This document shows positions 37,474 through 50,530 of a stretch of 64,000 nucleotides of DNA, one piece after another. The notes beneath the pieces were generated by a model. It did no database searches. It saw only the letters and a list, made by a program, of their open reading frames with translations, and was not told the DNA's origin. The DNA is from Euprymna scolopes. Lineage: Eukaryota. The stretch lies in NCBI GenBank assembly GCA_053919585.1, contig CM132819.1; one strand, written 5' to 3'. Within the stretch, counting starts at the first letter, position 1, and every line of letters starts with the position of its first letter. The position numbers were made by a program, and so were the translations under genes.

Positions 37474-39172
37474 TCTATACATCCATGTATCTTGTGTGTA
37501 TGCGTGTTTTATGAATACACGAGATTGTATAGCTTGACATACCTTGGCATTAAGCATGTTCATATAATTGATTGTTCAATATGGTTTTGCTGCATTTAAT
37601 GTTTTACCAAAATTAAATAAATTAAAAAAAATGTTATCCGATTTAAATTACACTTATTTTACACCAGTAGATTTTTAATAACATTTCGTTTAATACATAT
37701 CAGTTTTTATAGAATTTTATTAAGGACAATGGACATATATTTAGAAATATAAACTGGTCATCGTTAGAAGTAATTTTATGTATACGTGTTGTTTGGATAT
37801 ACATTACATAAAATGCCTAATGGGCAGTTAAGCGAAATAATAAGCCGTAATTTTATAAATAGCATAACTAAAATATAACTGAGCAACATGAAAAACAAGC
37901 GTTTATTTGCAAGCGTTAACGGAGTAAATACCATGTTGTTTTCCTCTCGTAGACATTCGATGTGATCTGCAGCAAAACGGCGGCAGATTATTTCTATAGA
38001 TAAAGACTCCCTTAGGTGCTGAATTAAATCTATCATTAAACAGAATCCATTCTTTTTAAGTAAGTGATTTAATATTCCGCTGAATAAAACTGCGTACAAC
38101 AATCTCTACAAGTTAATAGTTTAACATTTTGTATTCTTTTGGTTAGCTGATTAAAATAATGTTGTAAATATCCATGAAATTGCGCAATTTTCCTGTCTTG
38201 CATAAGTAATTTTAGAACAATGTATACAGGATAAAGAGCCGTTTGTCCTGTTTATCAGGAATTCAGTAGTTTAAATTCGGCTGTAATTGTTGTCTTATTG
38301 GCCACATAAATATCGTCATATTTATATAAGTCACGGGGCAAAGTTGATATTCTATTATCAAAATAAATGCGATGCGTGTCTTAAATAAATGGAATATAGT
38401 GTATGCTAAGAACCGTAATTCTGAATGTATAAAACACGAGATAACCTTACGATGATGCCTCTAGAATTATATCCGTAGTTTTATCGCAAATACGAAATAT
38501 CGCTACTGAACAAAATGTGATTGTATTGCAATAAAAGCTGTAATACAAAAAAACAATTGATAAGTTTACACTCTGTATCTTTTTAAACTTGAAATATAAA
38601 GACATAAAATGTATGTTTATAGATCGGTTACATTAGTTGAAATACAAAAAATAGCAATTCTCTGCATCAACTATTCTCTCATTCAACTTCTCAATATAAT
38701 AGAAAACTATAAATATAACACGAATACCTGTCTGTGATTATATACTTGTACAACTCTCTCTCTTTATATATATGTGTGTGCATGGTGCGATGAATAGATT
38801 ATATAATAAATATTACAGACTCGTGTCTGCATAAAGTAGAGAGGAAAATAATACCGAGAATCATCCCCACTGTATAAACATATTACAGTCATTCAGGAAC
38901 AAAAGCATTTATCCTAAGTATTGCATTGCTTACATTACAGAACTAGAAATGGGATGTTGTTAAGAATACATTTCTAATATGAATAGATCATACACAATGA
39001 ACCAATCTGAGAAGCCATACATTATGTCACTGCATGCATGTTTAAATCTTTCAAAACCACATATAATTAATATCTATTTTGTATTTTTTTTTGTTTACTT
39101 ACTAAATTTATAGTGCTGGAAGGGTTCCTAAGGGAAATACGGACACGGAGAAAAGTTAGAAAATATAAAATA

Positions 39173-40686
39173 CTAGCATGGGTACCCGGCGTTGCCCGGG
39201 TGTTTGGAGGTGTATGCTGAGCAAAACAACAAAAACAAAAACAAAAAACGATCAATTTTTTTACTGTGACCCCTATTATGACCTCTTAACCTTTATTGTT
39301 TTGGGTTCCAATCAAGTTATTAAGTTAGAACCTATATCTAAAATTTCAATTGTTTCTGGCCAAAATTGTCGGAGGAGTTGGGTAGAGTTCTCATAGGTCA
39401 AATCGTTGAACGTTGACCCCTTAACAGCCGAATTTCTGTCCGAAAACGGATTAAAATATTTTCCCGAATCTCAGTACACTGTATATCAACTTTCGCGTCT
39501 GTAGACTGAAAATTGATAGAGTTATTGCGGTGGAAAATATACGCAGACACGCAGACACACACATAGACACGTTCACTTTTATAGATATACAAGCATTTAA
39601 GCCCGGTGTTGCCCGGGTGTTTGGATGTGTCTGTTGAGCAAAAAAAAAAGTGGTAGTAGGAAGGCAAGCTCGAACCCGTACCGCGAAGGAGGAAAAAGAA
39701 CAGAAAAAACCTGACGTCTATGCTGTTATGAACACCGCTAAACCGGAAGTGACATTTTAAAAAAAAATTAAAGCCAGAAAATCGAAAACAGAGGATGACT
39801 TTCAAAAAAATTTGCGAAAAAAGCGACCCCCCCTGTAGAAAATGTCCCAGTTTAAGGTGAAGATATTAATGTTTTTAGCCAATTTTTCGATATTTGTCGT
39901 CTGAAAGGTTTGACTTTAGCACAATTTTGATCTTGGTAAACTCCGTCGCATCTGTCTTAAGTTTTAGGCATACATGCATACATACATACATACATACACA
40001 CATACATACATACATTTATATATTGGTAACGAAAAATGTTCGCCCAAAACCGATTAAAAAGCTTGCTCTATCTCTGAATACCCTTTATGTATAATTTCAC
40101 ATATTGAGACCAGAGTAATTTGGTAGGGACCGTAGAGGCATTTTTTTAAAACTGACCCCGATTATGACCTCCGGACATTTATTGTTTTGGGCTCAAATCA
40201 AGTTAGACAGACACACAGACACACAGACAGACATATACACAGACATGTTCATTTTTATCGATATACTAGCAGTGGTGTTCGGCGTTGCTCGTGCATTTGG
40301 AGGTGTATGTTTAGCAAAAAAAAAGCGGTCAATTTTTTAAACTTTGACCCCTATTAGGCCCCCTTACAAATTATTGGTTTGGGCTCAAATTTAGTTATTA
40401 AGTCCAAGAAATCTATATCTAAAATGTCAAGTGTTTAGACCCACGATTGTCGGAGGAGTTTGCTGAATTTCGCAAAGGTAAAACCGTAACAATTTGACTC
40501 CTTAATCGCTAAATTTCTGGCCGAAAACCGATCACATCGATTTTCCCAAATTTCAGTACGCTGTATTCAAATTGCGAGTCTGTAGACTTAAAACTGACAG
40601 AGTTATTGCGCAGGGAAATGTGCAGACACTGACACAAAGATGCACACACAAACATACATACACTTTAACTTTTATAGATATATAGA
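39173..40686 (-). mobile_element. Head-to-tail array of three non-autonomous Helitrons
   Basis: 3' ends (CTAG or CTTG plus a CCCGGGCAACGCCGGG-type hairpin) at 39173, 39590 and 40266, the last two joined directly to the 5' end of the neighbouring copy; final 5' TCTATATATCTATAAA at 40686. Confidence 0.88.
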
Positions 40687-40709
40687 TAGAAATTGAAAAA
40701 AAGAAACAG

Positions 40710-40879
40710 CATATAAAATGTACTGACAAGATGGCGGATTACGAACGTACACTGACCGTGAATCGTAACTCTTAGATAATTGATACAGTTCCGAAAAGTA
40801 TATATCCTGTGTATGAAGATATCCTCTCAGCACAAAATTATTTTATATGTGCTGACACATTATCAATGTTAACGTAAGT
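40710..40879 (+). promoter_or_regulatory. Candidate promoter/first exon (TATA, YY1-like motif, splice donor)
   Basis: TATAAAA at 40712, CAAGATGGCGG at 40727 and an AC|GTAAGT donor at 40873/40874. Confidence 0.3.
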
Positions 40880-41105
40880 AAAAAGTGTATTCGTTGATAG
40901 AAGGAAAAGCTTGTATAGTCATTACAAAATTTGAATTTCAAATCTAATTTCTCCAGCATTCTTAATTTATAGAAGATAATATTACGGTGCTTTTATATTG
41001 AGTTATTTTTTTTTAACATCAATAGTTTTTAAAGTAATCATAGCAGAAATGAAAATGTTGCAATCTACGTGTTTAAAGAATACCCGTACCCCAGCTATGG
41101 CCTAC

Positions 41106-41331
41106 TTAGAGGTTTGTGTTTTAAATATGACGTCATTGATAATCTGACTGTGCAGAATTATTTTTGCCAAATGTGTAATGTTGTCGCATTGTCTATGCGA
41201 CACAATTGAGCTGTCAGACATGTTTCCAGTAACTTTCAGATAAGTGCCTGATTGTTCTGTCCAGCAAAGATATTCTCTAGGATCACATTTTTTCGCACTT
41301 TGGCTAAATGCTTTATGTTCCTTCGGCACTA
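41106..41331 (-). CDS. Candidate coding exon, Cys-patterned (possible Ly6/three-finger-like extracellular domain)
   Basis: 75-codon open frame bounded by TAG| and |GTAGGC: KKCDPREYLCWTEQ...IVSHRQCDN. No TE similarity recognised and no homolog recognised. Confidence 0.25.
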
Positions 41332-41401
41332 CTATTTTAATGTATATTAAATTTGAAATTCTCTATGAAAAATCACCCAATGTATGCAGATAAAAACAAG
41401 T

Positions 41402-41473
<72 letters not shown>

Positions 41474-42784
41474 ATTTTGTCGCCATCCAGAAAGGAAAAT
41501 ATAATGAATTATGAGAAAATTACCAATAATTTTCAACTACATCTTTTTAACCAACTTTGATAATCAACTTTTACAGAGTAGTGTATAAGGGGTTAAAAAG
41601 AGATGGGATACTTTGTTGCAAAGTTTTCATATCGTCGACTGTTAATAATCTTCCACTGCTTTTATCGGTGCATTCTAGGCTTCAATAGTTATATGTGCAA
41701 TCAATAATTTCAAAAACGATATTTTACCGATTGTATATATTGTTCCAACTGAAATAAGGGTGTTTTTCCATCATAGAAAGAATCCGTTCGTCCGAAATCA
41801 AGTTACCCTTTTAGATGTAGTTTACCCTTTATTAAAGTAAACCATGTTTCTTATATAGTTTCCATAAGGAGAAATGGAGTTATGGATTTATTCTATTCAT
41901 ATTCCATAACTCTGGTCACATAAAATTATAATAAATAAGCAATATCTTCTAAACTAAAATAATATTGATAAACAAATTGAAATAGATTGGTTCCTATTCT
42001 TTGCCAGTAATGCAATCATTGAAATGAAATAGAAATTTCAAATTTGGAATTTTAGATAGGCGTCTTAAATTCGATCCTTTATTGGAACCAATCATGAGTT
42101 ATTTGTGAATCAGATTTACAGAGTTATCTAAAATTATATTGAACATCAGATGTATGAAATAATATTGTACGAATGGGCACGTGCGTGGAAAGCAAGAAGA
42201 TATCTTTTTAAAATATCATTTTATCTGGGCAGAACACAACAATACATGGTCCGGCATATCCGTGAGGTTTCTGTTATTTTTACCTATATGAAAACTGGTT
42301 AGTTTGTTATATTTTTGTCATTCTAAATTGTAAATTCTACACCTTTGAACCTAATGAACATAGTGGTCGCGATGTCTGAGGTACAGTAGAAACAGTACTC
42401 AAATATATGCCGTTCAGTGCTTAAAAAAAGCAAACCACATGTAATGTTATTATTTCTTTAAATTTACATTCATCCTATTGAAATTAAAACAAATGTTTAC
42501 TTAAAGCAGAATTGTCATGTTAAACGTGTACCAAAGGCTTATGAAAAATAACTCTAACAGATGTGTGTATACGTATCGACAACATAAAGCGTTTAGGATG
42601 TGTATCTAGTTTGCTTGTAGCATTGTATAGTATGTAGTTGAATAGAGTGTGGAAGGCGGTACAATACAGAGGTAACGGAAAGATACAAGCTGAAGCAGGT
42701 GAGAAAGTTTTATTAATACAACTTACAAATACATGTGTACATATTCAATGATTTCTTATACACATTATATTTATATTTGCACAG

Positions 42785-43238
42785 TAGTCCCCTGGGAAAG
42801 TCGGTCTGATGGTATATCCGTATTGTTGTGTAGTATCCATTGGTTTCTAGCACTTGTTTGAATTCATTAGTTGCTGCATTTATTGCGGATGCGCGTTATT
42901 TCATTCCTCGCATAGCTTATTTTAGCTTTACGGGGGAGGGCAGATTTATAGTGTACGAAGAGATCCCTACAGGCGGGTTTCTTATAGAATTTGGTCGATA
43001 TATTCCCGTCTTAGGAGATGTTGAGGCTGAGTTCTAAAAGTGCCAGGGATCCAGAGCTGTCGGGGTGCTCATTTGTGAACTCAATGTGTGGGTCAGTGTT
43101 GTTAAATATGTTAAAAATTGAGTTTACGTCCTCCCTGGATGGTGTTAGGAGAAGGATATCATCAAAGCATCGCGTGAAACAGATGTAGGAGTAGCAAACG
43201 TTGAGGGCACGGCGTTCAAGTTTATCCATGAATGACAC
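42785..43238 (-). pseudogene. Penelope-like RT palm/thumb fragment (inverted segment)
   Basis: FMDKLE, TRCFDDILLL (RYVDD), FNNTDPHIEFTNE, SLALLELSL, FYKKP..LFVHYKSALP. Confidence 0.88.
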
Positions 43239-43695
43239 ATTTCAACGACAGGATTACAACAGCCATCCAAACAGGAAGGGTCTAGACATACAATTTATAC
43301 ACACTGGGTCGTCACTACGACAGCATTTGTCCAAACGCAAACCCCGCTTAAATAACGTACCCTGCACCCTAACTAACTTCCCGATGAACACCACTAAAAT
43401 ATGCAACCGTACATACACAGTATATCGCATACAGTGCACCAAATGTGACGAATCATACGTCGGTAGCTCAGTGGGACACCTACATATTACAGTAAAAGAA
43501 CACATACAAACACAAGCCTCTTCTGTTCGAAGACACCTTCACACATGCGGCAACACTATCAAATCAATCAGAGTAGATATTTATGCCACCGAACTCAATG
43601 TTAGCAACCTTCGTATCAAAGAATCACTCCTGATTTCCAAATTGCATCCCAAGATTAATCACCGACATGAATTAGGCTCTTCATTCTTAACTTAA
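43239..43695 (+). pseudogene. Penelope-like GIY-YIG endonuclease domain (open frame)
   Basis: TVYRIQCTKCDESYVGSSVGHLHITVKEH...SSVRRH...LRIKESLLISKLHPKIN. Confidence 0.92.
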
Positions 43696-43859
43696 CGCAC
43701 AATATCCCAGCATTATATAATAACAATAAAAAATAAAATTAAATTAAATTAACATAAATCAAAATAAATAAATAAACAAAACAATAAATAAGCACTCCTT
43801 ATTTAAGATTACTATACATTAATAATAATAACAATGTATTACAATAAAATAGCAAGCCT

Positions 43860-45750
43860 AAGATATATGAATTTGATGGTGCGAGCAGAAGAACACCTGC
43901 CATGGAAATTACGATAAAACAAGGATAGGCTCGCAACGTCTCTTCTGTGAGAGAGAGGTTGCGAGCTACTAAGCCACGAAGTCTATTTTGTACTCTGTCA
44001 AGGCAGGATAGGCTGTTTTAGCAGCTCCTGTCAAGATATGGCAGCAGGATTCCATCCTTGGACGTACTTAGCTTTCATATAGATAGAGAATTTCATCAGT
44101 AGTGAGATATCTTCTGGAGCGGTAGAAGGATCCCGCCATCTTCCCAGCGACCTTGGTAACAGACTTGATGTACTTGTTCCATTTCAGATCAGGAAAAACC
44201 CAGAAGCTTGTCAAAACATGGGGCTTCTCCTAGATTAGAGCAATCCATTTCAATTGATGCCAGATGGAGATCAGAGCGTTGATGATGTAAAGAAAGGAGT
44301 TTGCTTTTAGATGTATTAAAGGTAACCAGCCACGTCTTCCCCCACTGAATCACGCGCTCGAGATCAGAGGAGAGAGAGAATCAGAGAGATATTTGCCATT
44401 TACAGCCTTTGATGTGGTGCCGTAGATGTTCGTGTCATCAGCATAGATGTCAACGAATGATTTAAGTGTGTGTGTAGGGAGATTATTGATGTAGATCAGG
44501 AAATTTGGGCCAGGATTGACCCTTGAGGGTCTCCAGCATTAATACTGCAGGCCTCTGATTTTTGTCCATCGATCATTACTCTTATGAGCCTATCTGAGAG
44601 AAATGATATAATGATCGAGAAAACATTTTCAGTTATACCTAGCTAGAAATCTTGTGAAGTAGGCTCTTATGCCATACTTTGTCGAAGGCCTTTGATATGT
44701 CAAAGCAATTGTCCTAGAAAGGAAGCCTTTGTCAAGAGATTCACTAATCCTGTGAGATATAACCGTTAGCAAATCTGCGCTAGATCTTGCAGAAAGAAAA
44801 CCATATTGTGTGTCACTAAGAAGGTTATTCCTGCTGAGGTGGTTGGATATTTTTCTATTTAATATGGATTCAAGCAACTTACTCACAACACACAGGAGAC
44901 TTATTGGTCTGTACTGAGAGAGATGACTTATCACCTGAATTCTTTAATACAGGGCATACTGATGAGGTTTTCCAGGGAGTTGGAAAGCACTTCTCCTTAA
45001 GGCAACGCTGAAACAGTTTCGTAAGTATGGGAGCACGTTCTGGTTGAAGCTTTTTAACACTATAATTGGGATGCCGTCAGGGCCAGTTGGTTTACTGGAA
45101 TCAAGGTTCTAGATTAGCTTGGCAACCTCATGCACATATAATTGTATGTTACCTAGCGTTCTGTTTTATAGAAGGAAATATGGGGAGTTGAGGGCTTTCG
45201 TCGCATAGGATAGAATTAGCTGCAAAGTTCTTTGCAAATAGTTTGGTCTTGTCTGATGCAGACGAGATGCCCTCTGGTCGATGATAATGGTTGGGATAGA
45301 ACGCACACTTCTGTTCAGGATCCTATTTGTGATTTGCCAATACTGGTGGGAACCAAGCCGCTGATCAGCTACTTGTGATTTAACAGAGTGGGCATATATC
45401 TATCTTGCATCTTTTATTACTCTTTTACAGTGGTTGCTGGCGTTCCTGAAAGCAGCTGAAAGCACTCTCAGTGCATCTATTACGTTGGTGGCTATGGAAA
45501 AAGTGTTTTCTGTGCGCGATAGCAGCAGCACATTCTGGGGAGAACCATGTCTTGCTGTTAGGTTTTGTTGGAATTTTTAGATGGTATGAATCGGTCTATG
45601 CCTACAATAAACCATTCGGTCCGACCTGATATTATAGAGGAAACACCCTTTTTAAACATGGAATGCAGAGGTAGATCAGATATGAATGTACGAAAGCTGT
45701 CCCAGTCAGCCAAAGAGTATCGGTAAACAGAACGGTGGAAGAAATGTTTT
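43860..45750 (-). mobile_element. CR1/L2-group LINE ORF2 fragment (same family as 25047-26132)
   Basis: YSLADWDSFR, FSPECAAAI, PTGPDGIP, YRPISLLCVVSKLLES, QYGF, YADD; high nucleotide similarity to 25047-25650. Confidence 0.93.
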
Positions 45751-46869
45751 AGCAAAATGTTTTTAGGTAGTAATATATTTTGCTATTAAGCGCATATATC
45801 TAATACTAAATAGCTTGCATGAAAGTCTAAAAATAAGTAAAGATTAAAAAAATGGTCATTCCACGTGTAGTTAAGTTCAATGAAGAAAATAGTAGCACAT
45901 ACGTAAGATCCAATGCGATGTAGAAACCTAAAAAAATGGAGAATTTTTTAAATGTTCAAATGTATGCATATGATATAATCCATAATCCGTGATGAGTGTA
46001 ATATTTTCACTGTTAAATATAAATGTTGTTACAAAAATATTTACTGGGAATCCTTATACAATCATATACATTGTATATAATTATGAATCTACCTTTGTAT
46101 GTCTGAGTGTTTACCTGTCACACTATTGTCAAATTCTATCTCTCTGAAACTAATAAATTTGTCGTTTTTTATGTGCATAGTCCCGAATTTGCACTTCAAC
46201 TCTTGCTCTCCCTTCGCTAAAGTTTTTTTTTTTTATTAAGCGTGTATTGTCTTATTAATATTTATTTAAGCTTTCAGTTTAAAGTATTAAACAATCAGTA
46301 ATCAGAAAATATTTCAACATTGAAATTAGTTTATATGAATATATATATATATATACATATATTAAGCTTAATGATTTTGATGTTGAATTCATTGTTTGTA
46401 CGTAAATTTACATGAAAATATTTACACATTAAGAAATAAAAGTAAACAAACATTATATTAATGCTATAAGTTTACATAAGAAGTAAACACAATCCGTTCA
46501 TGCATATCTTTTATATTATTAAAAAGAAATAAGTTTCCTCCAAGAAAATAAACAACAACAGCTATATAAACGCAGACATAAAACTAACATCCAATATGGT
46601 TACACTAACTGCCAACAGCTTATACACGTTTTCCGTATATTATGATTCGATTTCTTCAATATTGTTCATTTCTATAAAATGTCTGAAAATAGTCATGTTT
46701 GGAAAAAAAATTCTACTGTTACGCGCCAACAAGTGACGTGGCGTTTTCTTACATTCTTGCATATTTTTGTAGCAAACCTCACTAGATGCCACCTTTCTTC
46801 TTTCTTTTGAGTATTATCATCATTTTTCTTTTCTGTACTCGTCTGCTATTTATATTTTTATTGCATTTC

Positions 46870-49600
46870 ACCTTGAACTAGGCAAGGAGCAACTTTCAGG
46901 TTGAGGGAGCTATTAGTTGTGGCAGAATTTGTAGGTAGCAAGACGTTTGTTTACATTAGACCTACACTTATGCATGTCAGAATAATAATCAGGAAAACAA
47001 GAACCCCAAAGAAAATTCCAAAGTCCATCATTCCTAGGTAGGAAATTATTAAAGTCGAAGGCTTTTTTACAGTCAGGGATTTATATCGTGTAGGGATGGG
47101 ATTTTGCTGCTTGTCGGGTTTGTTACGTGTATCAATGTCAATGAGGTACAATAGTTTATAGTTGCTTTGTGCACTACCATGCATGTAAAATAGGCCCGGG
47201 ATGCAGATTTCGTCGATAGATCAGTGATCGAATCCCAGCTGATAATGCAGGACGTATACGGTTGGATACTCTCATTTGAACCCTGTCTAGACAAGAGAGA
47301 CTAATAATATGGCAACAGTACTCCATACATAGGCGAATGGCTGCGTGTAAATACTCAGAATACTCTTAGTCGAAAGTAACTTTTTAGCACGGTAAGGAGA
47401 AACCGCTTTTATTGCAACAGATTTGACAATGCACTCCATGTATCTGTTTCAACTCATGTCTCATATGAACCTTAATCCAAGAAGTTTGAACGAAGTACTT
47501 TCAGCTATTGTATGATTAGACGTGCCAATTAGTGGTAAAAAAGGTGTCTTTTAGTTATTAAATAGAGCTTAGTCTAAGCAACATTGAATGTAGCGATCTA
47601 TTTTGACCCCTATTCGACCATAGACCGGAGGTCTTATTCTAGGATTTCTGCCATTGCCTTTTATAATTGTTCAGTTGTTTTCCTCTTGTGCGTTTTATAA
47701 AGCGTGGTGTCGTCAGTAAGTATATCCATTTCAGAGACGATTTTAGTAGGGGATCATTTTGAATATCAGGAATAATAAATGTCAAACGATCGACCTCTGG
47801 ATTACACTCGCATTTATATCATATAGTTGTGACGTACGACCGTAGACGACAACCCGTCCTCATCTCTTACTTAAGCAGGATACGCTTGTTAAATATTCGT
47901 CCAGTAATAACACAGGATCTGTGTGTTATGAAAAAAAAACACGGTATTATATCCTGTCGATAACATCATATAAAACTAGGGCTACTGTCCTAGCCTTCCC
48001 GGTGTTTATCCAGTGCATGTAATATACGTTCATAATAAGGATATCTTAAGTCAAATCGGCTTGTCTAAACCCATAGTGTTGGTCGCACATAACTTAAGCA
48101 TCTGTGAGATGGTGAAATAACGTTTTTTAATTATGTAGTAAATATTTTGGCGAGATGAGGGAGAATGCTAATAGGTCAATAATGTAATTATCATTTTATC
48201 GACAGAATTCTTGTAAACTGATACCACTTACGCGGTTTTCCAACAGTAAGGTAAGCAAGATTCGTTAATGCATTTGTTGAAAAGCTTGGCCAGAAGTAGA
48301 GAAACACCAGTGGAAAAATTTTATTAGAACAACCGTGACTAGCTCAGGTTCACGTGGTTTTAAAATTTTTAGGTTTTTGTATGAATCATGTACTTGAGAA
48401 GGAATGATTTTCATATAACCTAGTGTGGTTTCTGTCGCAGAGAAAAATCAAGGAAGGAATAATTTGCAGGGTCCAAAGTAGAGTTTCAGAAAAACAGGCG
48501 AGCAAACATAAGAGCCTTTTAGGTTGATGTTGAAACAACTTCAGGATTTTGGAAAGTGGGGGGATTTTCTTATTGCTCATTATTTAATACACTATTATAA
48601 AATTTCAAGAAGTCACGAGTTCTAATTTCTGAGCTTCAGTTAATTTTCTAGTGGTTTCGCTATAATCTCGATTGGCTGTGGCTATTTAATTCTTTAAATG
48701 ACTTCTAGCTTATATGAATTTGTATCTATATGTACTGGACAAATGTAAGATTAAACTGTGATATGTATGCTGCCTTTTTAGAAGCTGTACAAGTCGAAGT
48801 AAACCATTGAAGAGATTGAGATTCGGCATAGAACTTATGTGTGGGAGCATGTGCTTCAATTACCGCTTTGAACTATTCAATGGTCTCACTCAGACACTGT
48901 TCGCCATGCGATGATAAATGGATATTTCGCCATGAAACATTTCTTATGTAATCAGTAATAGCATACCAGTCAGCATTGCTGTAGAATCTTGTCGCTTTGT
49001 GCAGTAATTTTCAACTCGGTGTCGAGAGTTTAGGATGACTTCTATCATTATAACATTGTGATCAGCATTCTTGAGAAGAAAATAAATATTTGTTATACAA
49101 TACCTGTGGTCTGAAATAGGACAGAAGTGAGATTGGCTGGTACCGGGGATTTGGGAGACGTGTCGGTAATGTTACAATCTGTGTGAAGGAATGCGATATC
49201 GAAAACTACATATATAGGAACTTTATAGAAAACTGCACTATATAGAAAACTATATAAAAAACTTCACTATATAGAAAACTATATAGAAAACTACACTGAC
49301 ACAGCTGGAAGCTGTGTCAGTGTAGTTAGAGAAGCCAAGTCATCTGCTTTATGGAGGCATTAAAATACATTTGTTTGGACGCTAGTGTTTCAGGAGAATG
49401 CTCCATCTACACTGGCTAATCCGTGATTGATCAGATCACAGTCTTCAATTGAATGAGAGCAATAAAGAAAATATAAGCAACTAACGCTATGTTGTAAAAT
49501 CTGTCTAAACACATAAAGTCCTAGTAGTCTGATTTTAGTTAAGATTCCCAGTTATTAGGGAATGTGTAAAAATATAAACTCCAATCCGTACATGTAACTT
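46870..49600 (-). mobile_element. Older CR1/L2-group LINE (APE-RT-3' end), highly decayed
   Basis: FNA (cf. GDFNA) and WLL (~49330-49365), DHNVI (~49045), QHYGFRQ (~48070), TDDTT (~47710), RLCMEYCCHI (~47320), RSNVNK (~46955). Confidence 0.75.
49200..49327. repeat. Short tandem repeats (gaaaactatata) ending in an 18-bp-arm hairpin
   Basis: About 6 imperfect copies of actatatagaaa, then aactacactgacacagct-gga-agctgtgtcagtgtagtt. Confidence 0.85.
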
Positions 49601-50279
49601 TTAGAGTCTTTACAACATAGTGAACGATAACCAGAAATGTTTAAATGGTTTGAAAGAGGTCAAAGAGTGCAAGTTATTTAAAATTTGTTAAGAAGCAAAG
49701 CGTGGTTCAAGTGTGCGTCTGTTTTGACCGTTAATTAGGATTGGTCTGTTCTTTTTTATAGTTTAAGTTTGGAGTGAAGGCTGTAAAGCAAAGTAGATGC
49801 ACATTTCTACGATCATGAATCATAAGTTGACTATCAGACGTCACCTTGTTCATAGGAACATGGCCTCTGGAATGCCAACCAAAGATCAGTGAAGGGTCAC
49901 TTTCAATGTGCAACATAGCACTACAACCATCCTGATAAATACAACTGATGAACGAATTAAAACTCCTGTACTGTCAGCCGGAATAAATCAGTCAGGCAAA
50001 CTGCCAAACCGGTACCCCAAGAATTTCAGACAAGAATGACTCAGTCCAATAATTTTAGCGTACATTGTCAATAAAATACCAAAACGCCAAAGTAATTAAG
50101 CAGGTGTCGAGGACGGCGTTGATTTCCTTCATCAGGAAAATAGGTCAAACCCTTATCGTCTATAATGAGTCTCTGTGATTGTATCTCTACTCCTGGCTGA
50201 TAGGCAAAGAAGGAGTATGGAAGCCTACCATTCAGAGTCAATACTCCTTCTTTGCATTTTATGTTTGTACACATTAGAC

Positions 50280-50530
50280 ATTTTTGTTTGTAACCCGGTG
50301 ATTTATTCAGTCACCCGTTTTAGAGAGGTTGTTGATATAGACCGAGGACGAGTGCCTCCCTATTTGGTGTGAAGTCATATGAGGTCAGTGGCCTAGGTTA
50401 AACGTCGGAGTTTTCTTTCTCGTAGATGGATGACCTGACGAGATCTACTGGTTAAACAGCACCTAAAATGTTAGCCCTCGGCCAGGTTTCCGAGCCAAGT
50501 ATTTCTACGCTTCCTCCAGGCTAGTTAGCA
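50280..50530 (-). mobile_element. Possible RTE 5'UTR-derived or SINE-like element
   Basis: GC-rich; 'ggagttttctttctcgtagatggatgacctgacgag' resembles the RTE 5'UTR motif 'gagttttccttctcctagatgggctacc' as I recall it. Confidence 0.3.

Noticed and set aside
41045-41210. Plus-strand open frame (…VFKEYPYPSYGLLRGLCFKY…FCQMC…)
   Set aside because: Short, no recognised homolog or clear splice boundaries; it competes with the minus-strand exon candidate and neither is proven.
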